From: Gammaproteobacteria bacterium
GTDB taxonomy: Bacteria > Pseudomonadota > Gammaproteobacteria > Steroidobacterales > Foliamicaceae
Reading direction: 5' to 3'
Length of the DNA: 64,000 bases
Assembly (NCBI GenBank): GCA_965115835.1
Contig: OZ220471.1
Location: 1,486,157-1,550,156 of the forward strand
Below, one piece after another: positions 9,582 to 22,281 of this stretch. The first letter of the stretch is position 1, and the number at the start of each line of letters is the position of its first letter. A program made the translations under genes and the position numbers. The notes beneath the pieces were generated by a model, which did no database searches, was not told where the DNA came from, and saw nothing but the letters and a program-made list of their open reading frames with translations.

Positions 9582-9656
9582 GCTCCCTTCGTCTAGGGGT
9601 CAGGACGCCAGGCTCTCAATCTGGAAACAGGGGTTCGATTCCCCTAGGGAGCGCCA
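9582..9656 (+). tRNA. tRNA-Glu (anticodon CUC)
   Basis: Hand-folded cloverleaf, 75 nt: acceptor GCTCCCT/AGGGAGC, D arm GTCT-AGGGGTCA-GGAC, anticodon arm CCAGG-CTCTCAA-TCTGG (anticodon CTC), variable AAAC, T arm AGGGG-TTCGATT-CCCCT, discriminator G, encoded CCA. Confidence 0.85.
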
Positions 9657-10768
9657 ATTTCCGTTTCCCTGCCGGCGGGAGAAACGGCCTGTCTCCAGCG
9701 CAGCCGGTCAGCGCGCAGCAACAACAGCAAGGCGGCCACCCCCAGGGCCGCTGTCGGCGTCCAGCCCGCCAGCCACGGGGCCACACCGTAAAGCTGCCCG
9801 GCTTCCACCACTCCCCGATTGGCCAGAAACCAGGCCAGCGCAACGCCCAACCCCAGGGCGGCGCGGGCGCTGCCGCCCAGCTTTCTCCGGTTGGTAAAGA
9901 CCAACGGCAGGGCCAGCACACACATCAGGGCAACCGCCGCCATGGTGGCAAGGCGCGCATGCATTTCCAGACGGAAGCGCCGTCCGTCGAGTTGGTTCGC
10001 TTCGAGATAGCGGGCGTAGCGGAGCAGGTTCGCGATCTTCATCAGTTCCGGACGCAACTCCACCAGCTCCACGACCTCCGGGCTCAGGCGCGTCTCCATG
10101 ACCCACTCGTCGCGAACCTGTACGCGCGTCTTGCGCTCCCCAACGGCGGTTTCCTCATAGCCCCGCAATTCCAGCTGGCCATCCTCATTGATCCTGGCAG
10201 TTCGCGCCCGCCCCCACGCGCTCAGGCCCTCCTCGCCAAGGCGGAACAAGAAGGCGCGGGCATGACCCTCCTGCTGGCCGCCCGGGCGCAGGTTCAGGAT
10301 CAGGTCTCCGTCGCGCATCCACACGCTTTCTCCCTGGGTCAGGGCAGGCGCCGTGCTCAGGGCCGCGACGCGCAAGCGCTTGGCCAGCGCATGCATCGGC
10401 GGCGCCAGCGACTCGCCCAGGAAAAAGGCAAGCGACGCCAGCAGCACCCCGGCCGCCCAGACCGGCACGGAGAGCCGCCCCACCGATACCCCGGAAGCCC
10501 TGGCCACGGTCAGTTCGTGATGGACCGAGAAATTCCCCAGCGCCAGGAAGGAGCCGATGACGGCAGCGGCGGGCAAGGCCTCGAAGGCGAACTGGGGAAT
10601 GCGCAGCGCCGCGTAGGCGAGACCGTCCAGCAGCGTGTATCGCCCCTGCCCCGCATACCGGGACTGCTGGGCGAACTCCACGAACAGCGAAAGCGAGAGC
10701 AGCGCCAGCAGGCACACCAGCACCACCGGCAGGACGCCGCGCAAGATGTATCGGTCGAGAAGCGTCAT
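9644..10768 (-). CDS. lptG: LPS export ABC transporter permease LptG
   Basis: MTLLDRYILRGVL..., YjgP/YjgQ-type membrane protein. The ATG at 10768 overlaps the lptF stop (ATGA). The last 13 nt overlap the tRNA-Glu 3' end on the other strand. Confidence 0.85.
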   Translation of the reverse strand: MTLLDRYILRGVLPVVLVCLLALLSLSLFVEFAQQSRYAGQGRYTLLDGLAYAALRIPQFAFEALPAAAVIGSFLALGNFSVHHELTVARASGVSVGRLSVPVWAAGVLLASLAFFLGESLAPPMHALAKRLRVAALSTAPALTQGESVWMRDGDLILNLRPGGQQEGHARAFLFRLGEEGLSAWGRARTARINEDGQLELRGYEETAVGERKTRVQVRDEWVMETRLSPEVVELVELRPELMKIANLLRYARYLEANQLDGRRFRLEMHARLATMAAVALMCVLALPLVFTNRRKLGGSARAALGLGVALAWFLANRGVVEAGQLYGVAPWLAGWTPTAALGVAALLLLLRADRLRWRQAVSPAGRETEIGAP

Positions 10769-11868
10769 GCGGCGCCGACTGCGGCAAGGCGGCGTTTCCA
10801 TCTCCTCAGTCGATGCGCTCCGTCCACGCCGAAAAGCACAGCCGCAGCGCCGGCCAGCAGGACATGCACCCACCACATGCCCAGCCAGGGGGGCGTAAAC
10901 CCCTGCCGGGCCCAGGAGATGGCTGCGGTCGCCAGATTGGTGTAGACCACATACACCAGCAGCGCCCAGGGAAGCGATGCGAAACGGCTCTGCCGGGGGA
11001 GCCGGCGACTCAAGGGCAGGGCCATGATGGCGAGGATCAGCAGGATCAGCGGCGCGGACAGGCGCAGCTGGAATTCCAGCTGCGACTCCAGGTCGCCTGC
11101 CGACAGCAATTCCACCGTGCTTCTGGCGTCCATGCCCGGCATGCCGGCGCCGACTTCCGGCATGCTCGCCGGAATGCCGTGTTCGGCAAAACGCACCACC
11201 CGCATCTCGCTGTCGCCCGGCCATCCATCGTAGAGCACGCCGTCGTGGAAAGTCACCATGCGCACCATCGGATCGCCGGTCTCCCTGAATGCCATCCTGT
11301 CGGTGACGATCACCTGCATGCGCCCGTCCACCCGACGGTGGGCGAATACCTGCTCCAGATGACCATCGTCGCCGGCCTGGGCGGCGTAGACCACCCCCTG
11401 CCCTCCCAGTGACACGAAGCGGCCCGGCTCCAGACGGCGCAGGTCGCCCAGCGAGGCGGCCTCCCGCTCGAGCTCATCGACTGTGCGGCGGGCGTCCGGC
11501 GCCAGCTCCAGCGTCATCCAGCAAGCCAGCGCGGCCACCGGAACGGCCAGCGACAACACCGGAAGAAGCAGTGCGCTCCCACCGTAGCCGCAGGCCATGG
11601 ATGCGGGAAGCTCGCTGTCACGGTACATCCGTCCCAACGCCAGCAAGAGGCCGAAGAAAAGGGCTGCGGGCATGATCACGGGCAGGTACTGCAGGCAGGT
11701 GTAACCGATCATGGGCAGCACCGAATCGCGGGGCAGCCGCTGCGCCGCGGCCGCCGAAAGAATGCGCACACACTGGTTGGTTGCCAGCAGCGCCAGCAGC
11801 ACCGAAAGCGCGCCCGCGAAGTGCGCCAGCGCTTCCCGGAAAAGATAGCGATCGAGAATGCGCGTCAT
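10765..11868 (-). CDS. lptF: LPS export ABC transporter permease LptF
   Basis: MTRILDRYLFREAL... YjgP/YjgQ family, divergent from pepA as in many gammaproteobacteria. Confidence 0.85.
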   Translation of the reverse strand: MTRILDRYLFREALAHFAGALSVLLALLATNQCVRILSAAAAQRLPRDSVLPMIGYTCLQYLPVIMPAALFFGLLLALGRMYRDSELPASMACGYGGSALLLPVLSLAVPVAALACWMTLELAPDARRTVDELEREAASLGDLRRLEPGRFVSLGGQGVVYAAQAGDDGHLEQVFAHRRVDGRMQVIVTDRMAFRETGDPMVRMVTFHDGVLYDGWPGDSEMRVVRFAEHGIPASMPEVGAGMPGMDARSTVELLSAGDLESQLEFQLRLSAPLILLILAIMALPLSRRLPRQSRFASLPWALLVYVVYTNLATAAISWARQGFTPPWLGMWWVHVLLAGAAAVLFGVDGAHRLRRWKRRLAAVGAA

Positions 11869-11999
11869 GCGAGCCGCGCGGATGCCCGCAGCAGTGCGCC
11901 GGCCGGAGCAAAGGCAATAGAATGAGCCACCATTCCCGCCGCTACCATGTCAGTATCGGTGGGACAGCGCAGTTGATTGATCGTTCACGAGGCGAATGC

Positions 12000-13484
12000 A
12001 TGGAATTTCAAATTACTACCAAGAAGCTCGACAGTTTACAGGCCGACCTGGGCATCTTGCCGGTGTACCAGGACGGCAAGCCATCCGCGCCGGTGGCCGC
12101 AATGAGCCGCAGCCTGCGGTCCCGGATCGACCGGGCCATGGCCTGCGGCGATATACGGGGCAAGCCGGGCGAAACCCTGCTGCTGACCGATACCGGCAGG
12201 CTGGGCGTCAGGCAGTTGCTGCTGGCCGGGCTTGGCTCCAGGGACAAGCTGAACGCCCATGTCTGGCGCAAGGCCGTCGGGGCAGCGGTCAAGCGGAGCG
12301 AGCGTTTGGCAAGCGGAGAGGTCGTTGCCCTGCTGGGGCTGGAGGAGGTTCCGGGCCTCGATGAAATCCGCAAGGCGCGCGCACTTGCCGAGCAGTGGCA
12401 GTACGCCGCCTACCGCTACAAGGCCACTCGCAAGGCCTCCGGGGACATCCGGCCGAAGAACCGCCAACTGACTGTCGTTGTGGGAAGCGATGCAGACCAG
12501 GCGGACGCAGCGCTGGGCCTCGAGCAGGGACAGGCCATCGGGCGGGCGCGCAATCTGGCCCGCGAACTGGGCAACCTGCCCGCCAACATCTGCACCCCGG
12601 CGTACCTGGCCACGGAAGCTCGCAAGCTGGCCCGGCGCAGTTCCCGGGTCACGGCCAAGATCCTGCTCGAAAAGGAAATGAAGGAACTGGGCATGAACTC
12701 GCTGCTGTCCGTGTGCGAGGGAAGCGCGCTCACGCCGCGCCTGATCGTGCTCCACTACAAGGGCGCATCGGCCGGCGCCCCTCCCGTCGCGCTGGTGGGC
12801 AAGGGCGTCACCTTCGATACCGGAGGGATATCGCTCAAACCTGGCCGCGCCATGGACGAAATGAAGTTCGACATGAGCGGCGCCGGAGCGGTGCTCGGGG
12901 CGATGCATGCCGCCATCGAGCTGAAGTTGCCCATCAACCTGGTGGTCGTGGCGGCGGCGGTCGAGAACATGCCCAGCAGCCGCGCCACCAAACCCGGGGA
13001 TGTCGTCAAGGCGATGTCCGGCGACACCATCGAGATCCTCAACACCGATGCGGAGGGCCGGCTGATACTGGCCGACGCGCTGTGCTACGCGCTGCGTTTC
13101 GAGCCTGCCAAGATCATTGATGTGGCCACGCTCACCGGCGCCTGCCTGATGGCTCTCGGCAGGCATTACAGCGGCCTGTTCTCGCAAAACGACCAGTTGG
13201 CGGAAGAGTTGCGCAAGGCGGGGGAGGATTCCGGCGATCCGGTCTGGCGACTTCCCGTGGGTCCCGAGTACATGTCGGAACTGAACAGCAACTTCGCCGA
13301 TCTGGCCAACATCGGCTCGCGCTACGCGGGGGCCACCACGGCGGCCTGTTTTTTGTCGCGTTTCGTCGGGGACGCCAACTGGGCGCACCTCGACATCGCC
13401 GGCACCGCCTGGAAGGTCGGCTCCGACAAGGGCAGCACCGGGCGCCCGGTACCCTTGCTGGCCGAGTTCCTGCTGGCGCAATAA
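12000..13484 (+). CDS. pepA: Leucyl aminopeptidase
   Basis: VGKGVTFDTGGISLKP, NTDAEGRLILADAL, start at ATG 12000 (MEFQITTKKLDSL). Confidence 0.9.
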   Translation: MEFQITTKKLDSLQADLGILPVYQDGKPSAPVAAMSRSLRSRIDRAMACGDIRGKPGETLLLTDTGRLGVRQLLLAGLGSRDKLNAHVWRKAVGAAVKRSERLASGEVVALLGLEEVPGLDEIRKARALAEQWQYAAYRYKATRKASGDIRPKNRQLTVVVGSDADQADAALGLEQGQAIGRARNLARELGNLPANICTPAYLATEARKLARRSSRVTAKILLEKEMKELGMNSLLSVCEGSALTPRLIVLHYKGASAGAPPVALVGKGVTFDTGGISLKPGRAMDEMKFDMSGAGAVLGAMHAAIELKLPINLVVVAAAVENMPSSRATKPGDVVKAMSGDTIEILNTDAEGRLILADALCYALRFEPAKIIDVATLTGACLMALGRHYSGLFSQNDQLAEELRKAGEDSGDPVWRLPVGPEYMSELNSNFADLANIGSRYAGATTAACFLSRFVGDANWAHLDIAGTAWKVGSDKGSTGRPVPLLAEFLLAQ

Positions 13485-13534
13485 ATCCCTGCGACCGAGC
13501 GGTTCATGCGGTCTGACTGCCAACCAGCCGGGCC

Positions 13535-16390
<2,856 letters not shown>

Positions 16391-16491
16391 CACGCCCGGA
16401 CAACGCCTTTCCCGAAGCGGGGCAAAGCGCCACCGGGTAGTACACTGGAAGCGGTTTTCGAGCGCCACCGGGCGCCGCGCGGGAGCAGACA

Positions 16492-18618
16492 GTGGCCGAA
16501 CGATCATTCGCAACGGAAGTGGAATTGCTGCGCCTCGGAGCAGGCGAGGAATTCCGCGGCGAAGGCATTCTGGCGGTTACCAAGGCGCTGTTGCAATCCG
16601 GCGTGGCGTATGTGGCCGGCTACCAGGGCGCGCCTGTTTCCCATCTGATGGATGTGCTCGCCGATGCCGGGGAAATACTCGAAGAACTGGGCGTGCATTT
16701 CGAGTCCAGCGCCAGCGAGGCCACCGCCGCAGCCACTCTGGCGGCCTCGATCAACTATCCCCTGCGCGGGGCGGCAACCTGGAAGTCCACCGTGGGCACC
16801 AACGTGGCCAGCGACGCCCTGGGCAACCTCGCCTCGGCAGGCGTGCGGGGCGGCGCCCTGATCATCCTCGGGGAGGACTATGGCGAGGGCTCCAGCATCA
16901 TGCAGGAACGCACCCATGCCTTCGCAATGAAATCACAGCTCTGGCTTTTGGATCCCCGCCCGCGACTGGACCGCATCGTTACGGCGGTCCAACAGGGCTT
17001 CGAGCTTTCGGAGGCCAGCAACACGCCCGTCATGCTGATGCTGCGGATCCGCGCCTGTCATCTGTACGGGCGCTTCATTGCCAGCAACAATCGCCGCCCG
17101 CCGTTCACGGCGCAAGACGCACTGAATGCCCCGGTGCGCGAAGCTTCGCGCATCATCCTGCCTCCGTACACCTATGCCCAGGAACAGCAAAAGACAACCC
17201 GGCGGTGGCCGGCCGCGCTGGACTTCATCCGGGCGCGCAAGCTGAACGAATTCATCGACGGCCCGGCCAACGAACTGGGTATCGTGCTGCAGGGAGGGCT
17301 CTACAACAGCGTGCTCCGGTCCCTGCAACGACTGGGCCTGGCCGACAGCTTCGGCGCTTCCCGCCTGCCCTTGTACGTGCTGAACGTGACCTACCCCCTG
17401 GTGGAAGAAGAGTTCGCGCGCTTTGCCGCCGGCAAGCGCGCGGTGCTGATCGTGGAGGAAGGCCAGCCGGAGCACATCGAACAGGCGGCCAACCAGTTTC
17501 TGCGCCGCGCGGGTCTGAAGACCCGCATCCTGGGCAAGGGTCCGCTGCCCATGGCCGGCGAGTACACCGGCGCGGTTCTTCAGGAAGGGATACGAACCTT
17601 TGTGAGCGAACACTCCCCGCGCCTGCTCGCCCCCATCCGCGAACAGCCGCTGCTGCCAGCCTCGCAACTGGCCTCGACAGTGCCAAAGCGGCCCTCGGGA
17701 CTATGCACGGGCTGCCCGGAGCGACCGCTTTTCTCCTCGCTGAAACTGCTGCAGAAGGAAATCGGAGCGGTGCATGTGAGCGCGGATATCGGTTGCCACT
17801 CCTTCGCCAGCCTGGCGCCCTTTCATCTCGGCGCCAGCATCCTGGGTTACGGCCTGGGAAGCGCCGCGGCCTCTGCGCTGCATGCGAAAGGAGGCAAACG
17901 CCCGATATCGATCATGGGAGACGGCGGTTTCTGGCACAACGGCCTGACCAGCGGCATCGGCAACGCCGTGTTCAACGAGCACGACGGGGTGACCATCATC
18001 GTGGACAACGGCTATTCCGCCGCAACCGGCGGCCAGTGGATCCCGTCGTCGGAAATGGATTCGCCGCGGCGCACCGGGCGTCTGTCGATTGGCGACGCAG
18101 TGCGAGGCGTGGGGGTGCGCTGGGTGCGCAGCCTGAATACCTACGACATGCAACAAACGCTCAGGATCCTGCGCGAAGCCATGAGCACTGGCGAGAAGGG
18201 TCCCAAGGTGATCGTTGCCCAGGGCGAGTGCCAGCTCAACCGGCAACGTCGCATCCGCCCCCTGCTCAACCGAATGCGCAAGGCCGGGAAGCGGGTGGCC
18301 CGCAAGCACTACGGTGTGGACGCCGACACCTGCACCGGCGACCACTCCTGCATCCGGCTGTCCGGATGCCCTTCGCTGACCGTCAAGCCCAATCCCGATC
18401 TGCTCAGGCGCGCCCCGGTGGCGGCGGTCAACCAGGACTGCACAGGCTGCGGGGTGTGCGGCGAGGTCGCTCACGCTGCGATCCTCTGTCCGTCGTTCTA
18501 CCATGCCGAACTGGTGGACAACCCGGGCCGGGCGGAAAGGCTCATGCAGCGCCTGCGCCGCGGCCTGATCGGCTTTATGCAAAGACGCACCCAACGCAAG
18601 CGGGCGCTCGCGTGGTAG
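16492..18618 (+). CDS. iorA: Indolepyruvate ferredoxin oxidoreductase, alpha subunit (TPP/4Fe-4S)
   Basis: GTG start with GGGAG upstream. GEGILAVTKALLQSGVAYVAGYQGAPVS, GCPERP, ADIGCH, GDGGFWHNG, C-terminal Cys cluster CTGCGVCGE. Confidence 0.8.
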   Translation: MAERSFATEVELLRLGAGEEFRGEGILAVTKALLQSGVAYVAGYQGAPVSHLMDVLADAGEILEELGVHFESSASEATAAATLAASINYPLRGAATWKSTVGTNVASDALGNLASAGVRGGALIILGEDYGEGSSIMQERTHAFAMKSQLWLLDPRPRLDRIVTAVQQGFELSEASNTPVMLMLRIRACHLYGRFIASNNRRPPFTAQDALNAPVREASRIILPPYTYAQEQQKTTRRWPAALDFIRARKLNEFIDGPANELGIVLQGGLYNSVLRSLQRLGLADSFGASRLPLYVLNVTYPLVEEEFARFAAGKRAVLIVEEGQPEHIEQAANQFLRRAGLKTRILGKGPLPMAGEYTGAVLQEGIRTFVSEHSPRLLAPIREQPLLPASQLASTVPKRPSGLCTGCPERPLFSSLKLLQKEIGAVHVSADIGCHSFASLAPFHLGASILGYGLGSAAASALHAKGGKRPISIMGDGGFWHNGLTSGIGNAVFNEHDGVTIIVDNGYSAATGGQWIPSSEMDSPRRTGRLSIGDAVRGVGVRWVRSLNTYDMQQTLRILREAMSTGEKGPKVIVAQGECQLNRQRRIRPLLNRMRKAGKRVARKHYGVDADTCTGDHSCIRLSGCPSLTVKPNPDLLRRAPVAAVNQDCTGCGVCGEVAHAAILCPSFYHAELVDNPGRAERLMQRLRRGLIGFMQRRTQRKRALAW

Positions 18619-20216
18619 CAGGAGAGCCCTCCCCGCAAGTCTTCAAGCTGGCCATCGCCGCGCTCGGCGGCCAGGGCGGCGGGGTACTCACCCAATGGCT
18701 GCTGGCCGCCGCCGAGGCCAGCGGTTTCATCGCGCAGGCCACTTCCGTGCCGGGAGTCGCCCAGCGTACTGGCGCCACGCTGTACTACCTGGAGTTTTTT
18801 CCGCGTGCAGCGGCCGAGGCGGCCCGGGCCGAGCCGGTGCTGGCGTTGATGCCCCATCCCGGCGATGTGGATCTGGTGGTTGCCTCCGAACTGATGGAGG
18901 CAGGCCGCGCCATGCAGCGGGGTCTGGTCAGCCGCGACCGCACCACGCTCGTGACGTCAACGCACCGCGTCTACACGATCGGCGAAAAGTCCGCCCTGGG
19001 CGATGGCCTGGCCGACAGCGAGACCGTCATGGAGGTGGCCAGGGCCACCGCCAGACGACTGGTGGCGCTGGACATGGAGGAGTTGGCGCGGGCCAACAAC
19101 AGCGTTATCAGCTCGGTCCTTTTCGGCGCTTTGGCGGGCTCCGGCGCACTGCCCTTTTCCTCCGCAGCCTGCGAACAGGCCATCCGGGCGAGCGGCAGGG
19201 CGCTGGAAAGCAATGTTGCGGCGTTCAGGGACGGCAAGGCGCGCGTCGAGGCGGCGGCCCCGAGTCCTCACGCGAAGGACCGGCAGGCAACGCTGCCCGG
19301 AGCCGCCTCGCCCGATGCGTTCGAGCCGGTTCCGGCGCCCCGCAACCCGCGCGCCAGGGCGCTGATGAACCGCATATCGAGCCAGTTCCCGAATACTTGC
19401 GCAAACCTTCTGGGCATCGGCGCACGCCGACTGGTGGAGTACCAGAACCACGCCTACGCCGGGCTGTACCTGGACCGGCTGCAACCTATCCTCAGTCTGG
19501 ACAGCGCTGCGCGCCAGTACGCGCTGCTTGCCGAATCCGCCCGCGGCCTTGCGCTCTGGATGAGTTACGAGGACACTGCCCGGGTGGCCGATCTGAAAAG
19601 CCGCGGTTCGCGGTTCGCGCGGGTCGGCGCCGAAGTGCAGGCAAGGCGGGATCAGGTGGTGAAAATCGTTGATTATCTGGCCCCGCGCGTGGAGGAGATA
19701 TGCGGCAGCCTGCCGGCATGGCTGGGCGGACCCTTGTCGAAGTGGAAATTCACCCGCAGACTGCTGAGCGCCATGAGCGGAGGAAAAACCATTGCCACCA
19801 ACCGCATCCGGGGCTATCTGTTCATGCGGGCCGTGGCCCGCACCCGGATATGGCGGCTGAGCACGCTGCGCCACCGCGAGGAGGACGCACGGATTCGGGA
19901 ATGGCTGGCCACGCTGGTCGAGGTGGCGCCCCGGGATTACGAACTGGCCGTGGAATTTGCCGCTTGCCAGCAGCTGGTAAAGGGTTACGGCGAGACCTTC
20001 GAGCGGGGACTGAGCCGTTACCAGGCCATCAGGAGCGCGCTGGGCGCCCTGCAAGGGAGGAACAACCCCGCCGCGGCCGTGCGCCAGCTTCGCGCAGCGG
20101 CGCTTGCGGATGAGCAGGGCAAGGCATTTTCCGCAGCGCTCGAGCGCCTGTGCGCAAACCCGGGAATCCGCCTTGCCGGGAATGGCCCCCAACCTGTAAT
20201 GGAGACAACCCCGTGA
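18612..20216 (+). CDS. iorB: Indolepyruvate oxidoreductase, beta subunit
   Basis: GTG 18612 overlaps the iorA stop by 7 nt. KLAIAALGGQGGGVLTQWL...SVPGVAQRTGATLYYLE. The first ~470 aa of the 1003-aa track ORF are an out-of-frame artefact over iorA. Confidence 0.8.
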   Translation: MVAGEPSPQVFKLAIAALGGQGGGVLTQWLLAAAEASGFIAQATSVPGVAQRTGATLYYLEFFPRAAAEAARAEPVLALMPHPGDVDLVVASELMEAGRAMQRGLVSRDRTTLVTSTHRVYTIGEKSALGDGLADSETVMEVARATARRLVALDMEELARANNSVISSVLFGALAGSGALPFSSAACEQAIRASGRALESNVAAFRDGKARVEAAAPSPHAKDRQATLPGAASPDAFEPVPAPRNPRARALMNRISSQFPNTCANLLGIGARRLVEYQNHAYAGLYLDRLQPILSLDSAARQYALLAESARGLALWMSYEDTARVADLKSRGSRFARVGAEVQARRDQVVKIVDYLAPRVEEICGSLPAWLGGPLSKWKFTRRLLSAMSGGKTIATNRIRGYLFMRAVARTRIWRLSTLRHREEDARIREWLATLVEVAPRDYELAVEFAACQQLVKGYGETFERGLSRYQAIRSALGALQGRNNPAAAVRQLRAAALADEQGKAFSAALERLCANPGIRLAGNGPQPVMETTP

Positions 20217-20728
20217 AAACGCTCTTGCATCGCATCGGCAATGCCGAAACCCGCAACCTCAACCTCATCGGGGCGGCCGTGTGCGCGTTGCTGTCCGGCT
20301 ACGCCCTGTTCGCCGAGCATGTCCAGGGTCTGGCGCCCTGCCCGCTTTGCCTGTTGCAGCGGTTTGCGGTAATCGGGCTGGGTCTGGTCTTCCTGCTGGC
20401 TGCGATCCATCGGCCCGGGGGCAGGTTCCGGCACACCTACTCGGCGCTGTGCGCCGCCATCGGCCTTGCCGGCGCCGGCGTGGCCGCGCGCCACCTGTGG
20501 ATACAGAGCCAGCCCGAAGGCAGCGTGCCGCCCTGCGGGGCCAGCTTCGATTTCATCCTGGAGAACTTCGGCGTGATCACGGCCGTTCGCGAGGCGCTCA
20601 CGGCCTCGGGCGAATGCGCCGAAATCGACTGGTCCTTCCTCGGGCTCTCCATGCCCGGCTGGGTGCTGCTGGCCCTGTTGGGCCTTGCCGCCTGGGCCGT
20701 GTGGGCCAACTCCTTCGTCAGACGATAG
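20213..20728 (+). CDS. dsbB: Disulfide bond formation protein B
   Basis: GTG 20213 overlaps the iorB stop (GTGA). Membrane protein with CPLCLLQR and a second periplasmic Cys pair (PPCG...GECAEIDW). Confidence 0.8.
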   Translation: MKTLLHRIGNAETRNLNLIGAAVCALLSGYALFAEHVQGLAPCPLCLLQRFAVIGLGLVFLLAAIHRPGGRFRHTYSALCAAIGLAGAGVAARHLWIQSQPEGSVPPCGASFDFILENFGVITAVREALTASGECAEIDWSFLGLSMPGWVLLALLGLAAWAVWANSFVRR

Positions 20729-20851
20729 CGGAAGACCAGCGACACCCGGGCGCCGTGGAGAAATCAGGGAAAAGCCGGGCTTGAGGCAAGACGCTGCAAG
20801 GCGGCGGCAAGGTCAGGCAAGACCGGCGGGGCAGGAACCGCCCGCGGCGCG

Positions 20852-21595
20852 ATGAACAAGGGCGGCAGTACAATGGAAGCATTGAACGCCGCGCTGTACT
20901 GGAACATCCTGCCACAAGCGCAAAGGACGCTTTGGCTGCGGCTCGGGAGCCTGCCGGAGTACTTCGTGCTGTACGGCGGCACCGCCCTGGCGCTGCAACT
21001 GGGTCACCGCAACAGCGTGGACTTCGACTTTTTCAGTTCGCAGCCCGTTGCTCCGCGAGCGTTGTACAAAAGGCTGGATTTTCTGATGGAAGGCCGAATT
21101 ACCCAGGAAGACCGCAACACCCTGACGGTGCAGGCCAACACGGACGACGGGCCGGTGTCGATCAGCTTCTTCGGCGGACTGGCGCTGAATTGCGTGGATC
21201 CTCCCGCACGGGTCCTGCCGGGGGTGAGTTTGGCCAGTCCCCGCGACATCTTCGGCTGCAAATGCGCAACCATTCAGCAGCGCAAAAGCCTCAAGGATAT
21301 TCAGGACATCTGTGCGTTGCTGCGTCACGGGCTGGCGCTGGCCGAAGGGCTCGATTGCGCGCGCGCCATTTACGGAGAGCAATTCAACCCGCACATCACG
21401 CTGGTGGCCTTGAGCGATCCAACCACGCTGGAGGAATTGCCGGAGGAAGACCGCCGGCTTCTCGCTCAGGCGGTGGCAGAGACTCCGGGCGCGTCCGCTG
21501 AAGAGATCGAGCCACTTGGCCGCATTGGCGAGGTGGCGGCGCTTGTTTCGGGGCTGGACAACATGCCCGGCAACGCGGCTCCGGAGCCGGAGTAA
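20852..21595 (+). CDS. Nucleotidyltransferase AbiEii/AbiGii-toxin-like (DUF1814) protein
   Basis: FVLYGGTALALQLGHRNSVDFDFFS matches the GGTAL...R.S.D.D.F NTase core as I remember it. The start could instead be ATG 20873. Confidence 0.55.
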   Translation: MNKGGSTMEALNAALYWNILPQAQRTLWLRLGSLPEYFVLYGGTALALQLGHRNSVDFDFFSSQPVAPRALYKRLDFLMEGRITQEDRNTLTVQANTDDGPVSISFFGGLALNCVDPPARVLPGVSLASPRDIFGCKCATIQQRKSLKDIQDICALLRHGLALAEGLDCARAIYGEQFNPHITLVALSDPTTLEELPEEDRRLLAQAVAETPGASAEEIEPLGRIGEVAALVSGLDNMPGNAAPEPE

Positions 21596-21597
21596 CC

Positions 21598-21984
21598 ATG
21601 TCCGGGACCGACCGAGCTTCCCGTCTGCTTCGACTGGCGCGCCACGTCAACTGGCATGAACCGCCGGATACGGTGGCCGCCAACACCCGCAAGCTCCTCA
21701 ACGAAACCATGGCGCGCGGTTCGGACATCGATATTGGCGAAGCCCGCGAGTTGTTTTCCCAACAACAGTTCATCGACGCCTACCGCCACGCGCCGCCGGG
21801 ATTGTTCTCGCGCCGGCACTGGGCCTACTGGGGACTGGCGCTGCTGGGAAATCCCGAGGCGCTGCCGTATCCGCTGCGGTACCCGGATGTCGAATGGGAG
21901 TGGCCCGAATCCTTCCAGGCCAGAAGCCTGCCCGAGCCGACGACGGCCGATGACATCAACTGGATCGCGCCAGACCGAGCCTGA
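21598..21984 (+). CDS. Hypothetical protein, 128 aa, 2 nt downstream of the AbiEii-like gene
   Basis: ORF with non-junk composition (Trp/Tyr-rich: HWAYWGLALLGNPEALPYPLRYPDVEWEWPE). I recognise no family. Confidence 0.45.
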   Translation: MSGTDRASRLLRLARHVNWHEPPDTVAANTRKLLNETMARGSDIDIGEARELFSQQQFIDAYRHAPPGLFSRRHWAYWGLALLGNPEALPYPLRYPDVEWEWPESFQARSLPEPTTADDINWIAPDRA

Positions 21985-22091
21985 CCGGCGGCTGGCGGCG
22001 GCACAGAAGGACATATACAAGCCCTCCCACGCAAGCGGGGCCAAGCTTGTAACGTCACAAGCCTTTCGTGCGGCCAGCCTCGGTAGGCTGC

Positions 22092-22212
22092 CAGCAATTC
22101 CCGCCAAGCGTGACAATGCTCGAAAATCAACTCCGGTCCAACGCCTGAATGGTCACAAGCCTGGGTATTCGGCCCTGAACAAACGACTCTGCATCGTTAG
22201 CGGGAATTGCTG
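22092..22212 (-). mobile_element. MITE copy A (121 bp, inverted relative to copies B and C)
   Basis: Ends CAGCAATTCCCGCCAAGCG...CGTTAGCGGGAATTGCTG. Near-identical over its length to 40577-40697 and 58819-58939. Flanks gtaggctgc / gtagtctac match 7 of 9, a degenerate target duplication. Confidence 0.8.
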
Positions 22213-22281
22213 GTAGTCTACCCCGCTGCCCAGTCGAACGCTCCGGTCCGTCATTCAACCGGAGTCGATCTCAAGATGTTG

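Noticed and set aside
13485-13534. holC between pepA and valS, as in E. coli
   Set aside because: The gap is only 50 bp, so no ORF is possible. holC must be elsewhere or absent.
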